Shown: positions 1 through 7,637 of the stretch, piece by piece | Layout: each line of letters opens with the position of its first letter | Numbering within the stretch: the stretch's first letter is position 1 | DNA from: a bacterium | Lineage (GTDB): Bacteria; Patescibacteriota; Microgenomatia; UBA10105; UBA927 | Reading direction: 5' to 3' | Assembly: GCA_021817785.1 (NCBI GenBank) | Contig: JAKAFY010000006.1 | Location: 2,067 to 66,066, forward strand | Length of the DNA: 64,000 bases | Made by a program: the position numbers and the translations under genes | Notes under the pieces: model-generated | Told to the model about the DNA's origin: nothing | The model's database searches: none | The model's input: only the letters and a program-made list of their open reading frames with translations

Positions 1-1351
1 GGTAGGCTGTCATTTTCCGATCCAAATCGCTCTGCAGCCGCTTCTTTTCCGGACCAAGCTTTACTTTTGTGGCAGCTTCTTCCAGATCAATCATGTCAAT
101 CTCTTTTTTATTTTCGCGTGCTGCCAGAATTGCCGATTCGTTTAACATGTTCTCCAAATCCGCGCCGGAAAACCCGACGGTCCGTTTGGCTACCCTGTCC
201 CAATCAACCGCCGATGCAAACGGTTTGCCGTGTGCGTGAATCCCGAGAATGGCTTTCCTGCCTTCCATATCCGGCAAATCGAGTACTACCCGTCTATCAA
301 ACCGTCCGGGCCGAAGCAATGCCGGATCCAGTAAATCTCCGCGATTTGTCGCGGCAACCAGAAGGACTGCTGTATTTGGTTCAAATCCATCCATCTCGAC
401 TAATATCTGGTTGAGCGTCTGTTCGCGCTCATCGTGACCACCCATGATGCCGACACTGCGCATCCTGCCGATGGCGTCAATTTCATCGATAAAGATGATG
501 GCCGGCGCGCTTTTTTTGGCCTGGGCAAACAAATCCCGTACCCGGGCGGCCCCTACTCCGACTAACATTTCCATAAATTCAGAACCAGCAATACTGAAAA
601 ATGCGGTATGTGCCTCTCCTGCCATCGCTTTGGCCAACAACGTCTTTCCGGTTCCGGAAGGCCCCACCAAAATAACGCCTTTGGGGGTTCGTGCACCGAG
701 CGCTTTATATTTTGCAGGATTTTTCAGAAAGTCGACGACCTCTTCCAGTTCTTTTTTGGCATCGTCTACCCCCGCCACATCTTTAAACGTTACCTTGGGC
801 AAATCCTTATTCCAGATACGTGCTTTGCTTTGTCCGAATGAAAAGATGTTGTCCTGTGCGCCTCTTGCTTGCCGAAACAAAAAGAAAAGGAACGCGATGG
901 TCAGGATAAACGGCAACACATTGGAGATAAGCCCGGCCCACATCGTTGCCGCACTCAAGTCTTTTACGTTGATGGAAACTGTCTTGGGGTCTACTCCGGA
1001 TTTTTGTAACACATCGACTAACGAGTCCTGCGACTCTTTGATAGCAGTGTATTTGGTGCCGTCTTTATCCGTTACCGTGAGCTTGGTGTCTTCTACATCA
1101 ATTGACTTTACCTTCCCTGCTTTCACGTCGTTTACTACAGTGGAAAGCGGCTTACTGGTCAGAAGCGATGCCTGGTTGCCGATGCTGCCGAGTATTGAAA
1201 ATATGATAAAGAAGACAAACAGACCGATGACAATATTTTTAAAATTCAACTGCATCTGCAACTGGAAGATTTTTTTGGATTTTTTCCCATTTTTGCCATG
1301 GGCGTGGCCGTTATCAGTATGTTTTCCCGGTGGTGTTTGTTTCTCTGCCAT
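1..1351 (-). CDS. ftsH: ATP-dependent zinc metalloprotease FtsH, N-terminal part; the C-terminus runs off the window start. The plus-strand ORFs listed here are antisense shadows.
   Basis: The minus-strand translation gives an N-terminal TM segment, a Walker A motif ([13 protein letters not shown]), Walker B (IIFIDEIDA), the second region of homology and then LGPEKK.. continuing off the edge. The ATG is at 1351. Confidence 0.9.
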   Translation of the reverse strand, partial: MAEKQTPPGKHTDNGHAHGKNGKKSKKIFQLQMQLNFKNIVIGLFVFFIIFSILGSIGNQASLLTSKPLSTVVNDVKAGKVKSIDVEDTKLTVTDKDGTKYTAIKESQDSLVDVLQKSGVDPKTVSINVKDLSAATMWAGLISNVLPFILTIAFLFFLFRQARGAQDNIFSFGQSKARIWNKDLPKVTFKDVAGVDDAKKELEEVVDFLKNPAKYKALGARTPKGVILVGPSGTGKTLLAKAMAGEAHTAFFSIAGSEFMEMLVGVGAARVRDLFAQAKKSAPAIIFIDEIDAIGRMRSVGIMGGHDEREQTLNQILVEMDGFEPNTAVLLVAATNRGDLLDPALLRPGRFDRRVVLDLPDMEGRKAILGIHAHGKPFASAVDWDRVAKRTVGFSGADLENMLNESAILAARENKKEIDMIDLEEAATKVKLGPEKKRLQSDLDRKMTAY

Positions 1352-1476
1352 ACGTTTATTAATGTCTATTCCCCGATAGGGAATTCTATTCTTATGATCG
1401 CCTGAGGGCGGCGGGTGGCCCGGCGTATTGAGCGTCAAGTATACCACGTTCACCGCTGCATATCACCTGAAGAATA

Positions 1477-3408
1477 TTAACGGATTTTCGCTCCAACTGG
1501 CATCCCGTCTCCGGAAATAAAGAGCGGCTTGGATGTATCCGCACTGTCTACGGCAAGGATCATCCCCTGGCTTTCCTCATCAAGCATTTTCCGGGGCGCC
1601 AGGTTGGTAATAAAGAAAAATTGCTTTCCGTTAAAGTCTTCGGGTGTATATCCAAACCCTCGCACGCCAGTGAATATAATCCTCGGTGTTTCTTCGGCTA
1701 TATCGACGACCAACCGGATGAGTTTTTCACTCCCCTCTTTATTTCGTGCTTCCAAAACTTTTCCCACCCGCACTTCCATTTTGGCAAATTCATCAATACT
1801 AATCGTCATTCTGGCCCGCTTCGCCTCCGCTCCAGCGAGGCGAGCTTGTCCAGAATCAGCCACCTTCGCATGCTTGTGTCCTCCTACTGAGTATTTCGTC
1901 GTCAATCCCACCGCTTCCCGTACGTCACCCATCGTTTTATCTGCCTTTGACATGGCGGCAGTGTATCCGCGCTGGAGTATGCCGCGTACCAATTCTGGAC
2001 TATTTTTCAGTTCTTCGTACGCTTTCCGTGCCGGCGCAAAGTACGTCATCAGGCTTTTAAATAAATAGTCCTTTACCTCAACATCCGACACCTTACCTGC
2101 TACATATGCCTTCTTGAGGGCGTCCACTTTTTTCGGCTCTCCGAAAAATCCAAGATACGTAAACACCATGTTCCCCTCTATATGTCCGGGGTCTGTCGCG
2201 TGCTTTCTCGTCGGATCGGTGTATGTACTGTTCACCTGTTTTCGCAAAACGTCTTCCGATTCAAATATGGAAATGATATTCCCAAGCGATTTACTCATCT
2301 TGCGTTTCCCGTCGGTGCCCAATACTGCCCCGACATCCTCCGGTATCATCGGCTCGGGCAACGTAAATATCTTCTTTTTGTATGTTCTGTTAAACCGCTC
2401 TGCTATGTCGCGCGTAATCTCCACATGCTGCTTCTGATCTTTCCCGACCGGCACAAAATCCGGGTGATACATGAGGATATCTGCCGCCATCAGAATCGGA
2501 TAGTTAAAGAGTCCGAGATTTATGTCGTCTTCCGCGACGTCTTTTTGCAACTTATCTTTGTACGCATGCGCGCGCTTGAGCAGCCCAAGTGGCGTGACAT
2601 TGTTGATGATCGACTGCAATTCCCCATGCAAACCGATATCCGATTGCCGATAAAACACTAATCGATCAAATTCTTCTTTCGACAAAAATCCTTTCAGGAG
2701 GGCGAGCTCATTGAGAATAAGATTCTCGATATTCGTTGCCAGATGCTTTTTGTCCTGAATCGTTGTCAGTCCGTGCATATCCGCGACAAACAGGAAACAT
2801 TCATTGGATTTTGCTATCTGAATAAACTGTTTGACTGCTCCCAAATAATTTCCGATATGCAGCGTCCCGTCCCCGCTTGGGGTGATACCCGATACGATTC
2901 GTTTATCTTTTACGTCTTTAGAGGCGATAACTGTATGAGTCGCGACAACATCACAAAAATCCACAAGATTAACTCCCGGCAATTTCTTTAAGTCGGCTGT
3001 CTTGTAACGAATGGTAACGAGTAGACTTCCAGATCCCGCATTGATATATTCTTTCTCAAATATTTTTTTATCGATGTATGTTGGTACATTCGGAATGTAG
3101 ACACTCGCTGCTCCACTCGGCACACCCGTTATATCAGCAAATTCTTCTTCGTTTGCCATCCGTAATGCAGTTACTCCAAGGTATTTCTTTACCTTCGTAC
3201 TATCTAGCTTTGTGTCTCCCCGTCGGATAATTGCCACAAAGCGATCATCAGCTTTCATGAGCAACGTCGCTGCCGCGTCACCCATACTAAATCCCAAATA
3301 TTTCTGTACCTCTGCGACAGAAATTAATTGCGGGTGTTCAAGCACCTGATGCTCAATTCCAAATTTTATTAACTGGTGAATATAATCCTGAACGGTTTTA
3401 TTATTCAT
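1477..3408 (-). CDS. trpS: Bacterial-type tryptophanyl-tRNA synthetase with an N-terminal YbaK/ProX-like deacylase domain and a C-terminal OB-fold tRNA-binding (Myf/EMAP-like) domain.
   Basis: Core motifs are TPSGDGTLHIGNYLGA (HIGN), YPILMAADIL, VPVGKDQKQHVEITRDIAERFN and KMSKSLGN. The first ~150 aa match the YbaK fold pattern (LLMK..RFVAIIRRGDTKLD..KKYLG..LRMA..EEF..TGVPSGAASV). The last ~100 aa (MEVRVGKVLEA...LIRLVVDI...NLAPRKM..ESQGMILA) match tRNA_bind. Confidence 0.85.
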   Translation of the reverse strand: MNNKTVQDYIHQLIKFGIEHQVLEHPQLISVAEVQKYLGFSMGDAAATLLMKADDRFVAIIRRGDTKLDSTKVKKYLGVTALRMANEEEFADITGVPSGAASVYIPNVPTYIDKKIFEKEYINAGSGSLLVTIRYKTADLKKLPGVNLVDFCDVVATHTVIASKDVKDKRIVSGITPSGDGTLHIGNYLGAVKQFIQIAKSNECFLFVADMHGLTTIQDKKHLATNIENLILNELALLKGFLSKEEFDRLVFYRQSDIGLHGELQSIINNVTPLGLLKRAHAYKDKLQKDVAEDDINLGLFNYPILMAADILMYHPDFVPVGKDQKQHVEITRDIAERFNRTYKKKIFTLPEPMIPEDVGAVLGTDGKRKMSKSLGNIISIFESEDVLRKQVNSTYTDPTRKHATDPGHIEGNMVFTYLGFFGEPKKVDALKKAYVAGKVSDVEVKDYLFKSLMTYFAPARKAYEELKNSPELVRGILQRGYTAAMSKADKTMGDVREAVGLTTKYSVGGHKHAKVADSGQARLAGAEAKRARMTISIDEFAKMEVRVGKVLEARNKEGSEKLIRLVVDIAEETPRIIFTGVRGFGYTPEDFNGKQFFFITNLAPRKMLDEESQGMILAVDSADTSKPLFISGDGMPVGAKIR

Positions 3409-3427
3409 ATGCCTCCTATAATTATAC

Positions 3428-4558
3428 TTAATCCAAATACGATTGTATCGGTCGAGTTAATAAATATACCTCCTTGTCTTGTGCTGCTATTTTTTTCTGC
3501 TGATGAGAGAAAACTACAGAAGTTATACATCGCTTCGCGATTTCCTTTAGTTCCTTCGTCAACAATTCTCCTTTTGTATATCGTGAATACAAATCCTGCA
3601 ACTCGCGGTCGCTTTCTAAGTATGCGCTCAAGAGCGCAAACACCGAACAGGCCTCCGGCACTGCACCGAATTTTCGATGTTCCTCGAGTGAACTGACAGC
3701 ACCCGTAAACGCAGAGGCGATCTTTTTTCCTATCACCTCCGAGGTGTCAGACAAATAAATAGCCGTTTCTGGTTTAGAACCGGACATTTTTTGTTCCGGA
3801 TCTTTAAGACTTGGGAGAAACCGCATGACAAGCTCCGACGGAGGTACCATCCCCATACGTTTTGCCACATCCCGGGCAAGCAAGATATACGGATGCTGAT
3901 CTATGCCAACCGGAATCAGGGTATGTTTCGGTCCGCCAAATTCCGGCAGCTGTGGCATAAGTATTTCTGCAAGCTGCACACACCCTCGATAAAATATCTG
4001 TCCCGGAGTAACAAGTGACTCTTTTCCAAACAGACTTTCCACTTCTGCCATTGAGACATATTTACTCAGCCGCATTGCAAACGGGTACAGCGTTGGGTAT
4101 TCCGTATCTACATAAATATGTGTGCGTTTTGGGTCAAATCCGAAGGCAATAATACTAGGCAATATTTCCTCATACGCTACGCGTTTACTCTCCCCCATCG
4201 TTTGCACTTTACCGTCGATATACGATTCGTCGTTCGTTAGAGGAATATATATTCGTCCCCCTAATTTCTGCAACGACAACAAGAGATCAAATAATATTTG
4301 ATGCCCAAGATGCAGTGTTGATGATGGATTCAATCCCGAAACCACTACGAATTCTTTCTTGTCAGCGATCAATTCCAAAATCGGTTCAAAGTCCAAGTGT
4401 GCGATCACTAAATCACGTTTGAGTTGCCGAAACATAAGATCATCCGGCAGATAAGCCTTAATCCTTCTCATATCAGTCAGACCGTTCTTCACACTTTGAT
4501 CCCGATAATATATTGCCAGCCTTTTTTTGATCGCTATTTTTTCCTGATATTCGTTCAT
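3428..4558 (-). CDS. Second tryptophanyl-tRNA synthetase, archaeal/eukaryotic type.
   Basis: GLNPSSTLHLGH, LTNDESYI, PVGIDQHPYILLARDVAKRMG, KMSGSKPETAIYLSDT and EEHRKFG...YTKGELLTKELKE align motif-for-motif with eukaryotic/archaeal TrpRS (GPSS..HVGH, AIDQDPYF, KMSAS). The start was chosen at MNEYQ, overlapping the stop of the upstream ORF. Confidence 0.8.
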   Translation of the reverse strand: MNEYQEKIAIKKRLAIYYRDQSVKNGLTDMRRIKAYLPDDLMFRQLKRDLVIAHLDFEPILELIADKKEFVVVSGLNPSSTLHLGHQILFDLLLSLQKLGGRIYIPLTNDESYIDGKVQTMGESKRVAYEEILPSIIAFGFDPKRTHIYVDTEYPTLYPFAMRLSKYVSMAEVESLFGKESLVTPGQIFYRGCVQLAEILMPQLPEFGGPKHTLIPVGIDQHPYILLARDVAKRMGMVPPSELVMRFLPSLKDPEQKMSGSKPETAIYLSDTSEVIGKKIASAFTGAVSSLEEHRKFGAVPEACSVFALLSAYLESDRELQDLYSRYTKGELLTKELKEIAKRCITSVVFSHQQKKIAAQDKEVYLLTRPIQSYLD

Positions 4559-5496
4559 ATGCCCTCCAATCCTAGTGGTGTATAGATACACTCACGAAGC
4601 TGACTCAGCGTGTCCTTGGAAATCTTCACACCAAGGAATTCCCGTGCCATTTCTGTAATGGCGTGTATATCTTTCACTGGATGGACGGTGTCCGGGTTTT
4701 CGGATTCAAACGATGTTTCAAGTAATTCCTTTGCCCGTATGAAAGATGTTTCTCCCAGGATGATGCGGAAGTCCTGCAGTTTATTACTCCCCGCCTTGTA
4801 CGGGGTCACCCCGTATTCCTCTATCTCTGGGTGCGTGAGAAAAAATGCGAAATTTTTTCCGAGCGGCTGAGTCGGCGTGAGATATATACTCTTTAATTTT
4901 CCGGGCATAATCTTTTCTCCGGCTTCGTCATAAAATCGCTCCCGTGGGGGTCCGATTTTCATATCAAATAATAATCCGGTCGCGACAGCATCAAGTGCAT
5001 ATCCAAACTTCTTTTTCCGTTCTTCTGCCAACTTATTTGGCAATATGGTTTTAGATAAGAGAGGTTCAATAACCTTTAAATCAACCTTTGCGATTTCGGC
5101 TCGGAGCTTTTTGTATTCATCGGTCATAAATTGTTCACTCATCAAACGAATCTTTATCGGTAATCGGTATACAGCAATGATCTTATTTAATAACTCGATC
5201 CGACTATTTAGTGACGACCTGATGTGCTCCCTCTTTTGAACTGTTGAGTCGTTCATAAACGATGCCGTATCGGCAACCACGACGGTAGCTACTGCTGATA
5301 GTTTTTTCTGAAGATTACTTAACGTAAAGTAATACTTCAGACAATCAATCGGCATACCAAACTCATCGACGGTTTCTCCGTAAAAAAGCCGTATCGGTTT
5401 ATGATTCAATTTAAAATCTCCAAGCGCACCATAGACTCCCCCGCTCTCACGTAGGAAGCGCGCAAATTCGTTCGTTATGACTTTTTGCCTTTTCAT
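4555..5496 (-). CDS. Hypothetical protein, possibly a catalytically degenerate class I (TyrRS/TrpRS-like) aminoacyl-tRNA synthetase paralog.
   Basis: A 313-aa ORF translationally coupled to the euk-type trpS. Its layout resembles the archaeal TyrRS Rossmann core (..VATVVVADTASFMND.. against ..IIILLADLHAYLN..). It has PIDC where HIGH would be and KIMPGK where KMSKS would be. The call is by eye only. Confidence 0.35.
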   Translation of the reverse strand: MKRQKVITNEFARFLRESGGVYGALGDFKLNHKPIRLFYGETVDEFGMPIDCLKYYFTLSNLQKKLSAVATVVVADTASFMNDSTVQKREHIRSSLNSRIELLNKIIAVYRLPIKIRLMSEQFMTDEYKKLRAEIAKVDLKVIEPLLSKTILPNKLAEERKKKFGYALDAVATGLLFDMKIGPPRERFYDEAGEKIMPGKLKSIYLTPTQPLGKNFAFFLTHPEIEEYGVTPYKAGSNKLQDFRIILGETSFIRAKELLETSFESENPDTVHPVKDIHAITEMAREFLGVKISKDTLSQLRECIYTPLGLEGI

Positions 5497-5547
5497 ACCT
5501 CCTTCTTTCTATGAACTATTTACTGGCCATTCTACGAACTAACTCTG

Positions 5548-5618
5548 TGGGATCACTAGGATTTGAACCTAGACTAAGTGTTCTGGAAACACTTGTGCTA
5601 CCGTTACACCATGAACCC
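5548..5618 (-). tRNA. tRNA-Trp (anticodon CCA).
   Basis: The reverse complement folds as a cloverleaf with acceptor GGGTTCA/TGATCCC (one U-U mismatch), anticodon loop TTCCAGA and T-arm CTAGG-TTCAAAT-CCTAG. CCA is not encoded. Confidence 0.7.
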
Positions 5619-6124
5619 AAGGTATTAACTTTTTCCTAAAAATCTCTCCAATATTGACCGCTCTCTTCCACATGGCATCATGTTTCTCTGGCCCTTCGTC
5701 AACCTGCTTGCGACCGGACATGTCTCTTGTATTCGACACAGTTGTACCAATGCTTTCTGAGCTACGACTATCCTTGGCTTCCCAAGCCTGGCATGTTCAG
5801 GTTGGGCGGCTAAAGACCTGATCCGTACATCAGCACACACTCCCACATCCTGCGATATCCCGGCAGCTAGCTTGCGACACTTATCTGTTTCCATTCTCGT
5901 TTGCGTCATATAAATATTGAATACACAACCATCAAAAAAGCCCTTGCACATCCCCAAGAGCCTCTTGTTCTGATGTTTTAAAACATCAAAACAAAACTCT
6001 TTAGAAATCTGCAAGGGCCTTTATTAGCGTTGTTATTCGCGCGTATTCACCTTTCTGTGAACCGTGAACCAATAACTATGAACTAATGAAGGGGTACCAC
6101 CCTTTCTTTGTTGTTCCGCCCACT

Positions 6125-6144
6125 AAAAAACTCCCTTTCGGGAG
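6125..6144 (-). terminator. Candidate intrinsic terminator, active on the minus strand.
   Basis: The minus strand reads CTCCC-GAAA-GGGAG followed by TTTTTT. Confidence 0.4.
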
Positions 6145-6402
6145 TCTGTCACTACTGAGGCGGAAAAACCTCATTATTGACATACTCCGACCTCGTCCAC
6201 CGTAGCTTATGCGAAGGTGGATTCGCGACATATGTTGACAGTCTTTTTACGGTTTCACCTCCGGATAAGACATTCTTTCGATAGCCCTATCAGCGTTTAG
6301 CTCTCGCTAATTGAGGAAATCCCAATCAATCCCCTCACCGCTTGTATTCACTTGTGAGGATATAGTATAGCACACCTGTCAAAATCACAACATATTTTGC
6401 CT

Positions 6403-6431
6403 TTGCTGAGCGTCATGCATTGCGCTATAAT
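6403..6431 (+). promoter_or_regulatory. Sigma70-like promoter for the downstream tRNA.
   Basis: TTGCTG (6403-6408), a 17-nt spacer, then TATAAT (6426-6431), about 20 nt upstream of the tRNA 5' end. Confidence 0.4.
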
Positions 6432-6451
6432 ACTCATGCACATTCATATAC

Positions 6452-6521
6452 CGCGGGGTAGTGTAAAGTCGCACAGGAGGCTCATAATCTCCTAGGCCGG
6501 GTGCGATTCCCGGCCCCGCAA
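6452..6521 (+). tRNA. tRNA-Met (anticodon CAT), with an initiator-like C1:A72 mismatch.
   Basis: Acceptor CGCGGGG/CCCCGCA, anticodon arm GGAGG-CTCATAA-TCTCC and T-arm CCGGG-TGCGATT-CCCGG. Confidence 0.7.
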
Positions 6522-6533
6522 CAGATAGTAAAT

Positions 6534-6559
6534 AGCGCCTATACAGGCGCTATTTTTTT
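6534..6559 (+). terminator. Intrinsic terminator after the tRNA-Met gene.
   Basis: AGCGCC-tataca-GGCGCT followed by ATTTTTTT. Confidence 0.55.
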
Positions 6560-7410
6560 ATCGATTCCAGCCATGATATGAGATACGTTCCGGTGCGCGC
6601 GCCAGGCCGCAGCCGAAGCAGGGTAAACCGATAATCCGGCGATTGTATGATCCCCGGCCGAGTCGTGGTAGCGGTCCGAAATCCTGCGGCAGATACGGCA
6701 ATTACCGCAGCCGAATCATAGGATCCATACGGATACGCAAAATCAATCACCGGTTTTCCGATCAGATGTTCTAATTGCGTTTTGCTTCCGTAAATTTCCG
6801 CGTGCAAAAGTTGCGGTGATATTCCTTTGAGACTCACATGGTGCACGGTGTGGGCTGCCACTTCCACTAGCCCGCTGGATGCGATATCCATCACTTCCTG
6901 TTTTGTCATATAGTTTGGTTTATCTAAAAATCCTGGTACCACGTAGGACGTTGCTTTCACATGATATTTTTGCAATATCGGGTAGGCATCCGTATAAAAA
7001 TCCCGATATCCGTCATCAAACGTAAAAACGATCGGCTTATCGGGCAATGTCCCTTTTCCGTCCAGATATGCCGCCAGATCACTCATAAATATCGGGGTAT
7101 ACCCATGAGACAGAAAGGTGGCAATTTGTGCATCCATCGTTTTCGGCAAAATATCCAGCCCTTCACGGATGGTGTCTTTCGGGTCTTTCACGATTTCCAC
7201 ATAGTGATACATCAGTATTGGCACGCGCACAGGCTGTACAAGCACGGGGCGCGCGGTGGGTGTGGGAATTGGGCGTTCTGTCGGGCGTATGAAAAGATAC
7301 GGAAGATGCAAAATGGTTCTGCCGCTTTTCGGCATCGTTACGATGCTCCACGTTCCTATCCCAAAACAGATACAAAGTATCACAATGCCCGCTGTTAATT
7401 TGGTATTCAT
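6550..7410 (-). CDS. Polysaccharide deacetylase (NodB homology domain, CE4), membrane-anchored.
   Basis: TFDDGYRD, HTVHH and an N-terminal TM segment. Confidence 0.85.
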   Translation of the reverse strand: MNTKLTAGIVILCICFGIGTWSIVTMPKSGRTILHLPYLFIRPTERPIPTPTARPVLVQPVRVPILMYHYVEIVKDPKDTIREGLDILPKTMDAQIATFLSHGYTPIFMSDLAAYLDGKGTLPDKPIVFTFDDGYRDFYTDAYPILQKYHVKATSYVVPGFLDKPNYMTKQEVMDIASSGLVEVAAHTVHHVSLKGISPQLLHAEIYGSKTQLEHLIGKPVIDFAYPYGSYDSAAVIAVSAAGFRTATTTRPGIIQSPDYRFTLLRLRPGARTGTYLISWLESIKK

Positions 7411-7515
7411 AGAGCAGATTATACCGTATCCTCACGCTTCCTGCGTTGCCTTTTCCTGGGTATTTTCGTAAAATGAAGCCTACAGCCCACCTTCGCTAAA
7501 GCTTCGGCGGGCAAT

Positions 7516-7587
7516 GCCAGCGTAGCTCAGTGGTAGAGCAGTGTCTTCATAAGGCATTTGTCGCAAGTCCGATCCTTGCCGCTGGCA
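7516..7587 (+). tRNA. tRNA with anticodon CAT (elongator Met or Ile2/lysidine type).
   Basis: GCCAGCG-TA-GCTCAGTGGTAGAGC, anticodon arm GTGTC-TTCATAA-GGCAT (two G-U pairs), T-arm GCAAG-TCCGATC-CTTGC and acceptor 3' strand CGCTGGC-A. Confidence 0.7.
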
Positions 7588-7637
7588 CCCGATCCCCTAC
7601 CGGTATTCGCATACCAAAAGCGTGTCCACATGGACGT

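Noticed and set aside
444-1379. A 311-aa plus-strand ORF, and the 67-414 and 249-437 ORFs.
   Set aside because: They lie antisense to a clearly intact ftsH whose Walker A/B motifs read on the minus strand. They are shadow ORFs.
1529-3696. Several 80-180 aa plus-strand ORFs inside the TrpRS genes.
   Set aside because: They lie antisense to well-supported aaRS coding sequence and have no motifs.
5625-6014. A 129-aa minus-strand ORF.
   Set aside because: It is Cys/Arg-rich and low-complexity with no homolog-like pattern. It sits in a tRNA-flanked region that looks non-coding, so it is treated as a candidate ncRNA region instead.
5619-6451. RNase P RNA, tmRNA or SRP RNA in the long non-coding gap.
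   Set aside because: I searched both strands by eye for the P4 motifs (AGGAAAGTCCGGGCTCC, ACAGAACCCGGCTTA), a tmRNA tRNA-like 3' end and the SRP GGAAGCAGCCAAGG motif. Only loose resemblance was found (GGGAAGCCAAGG), not enough to call.
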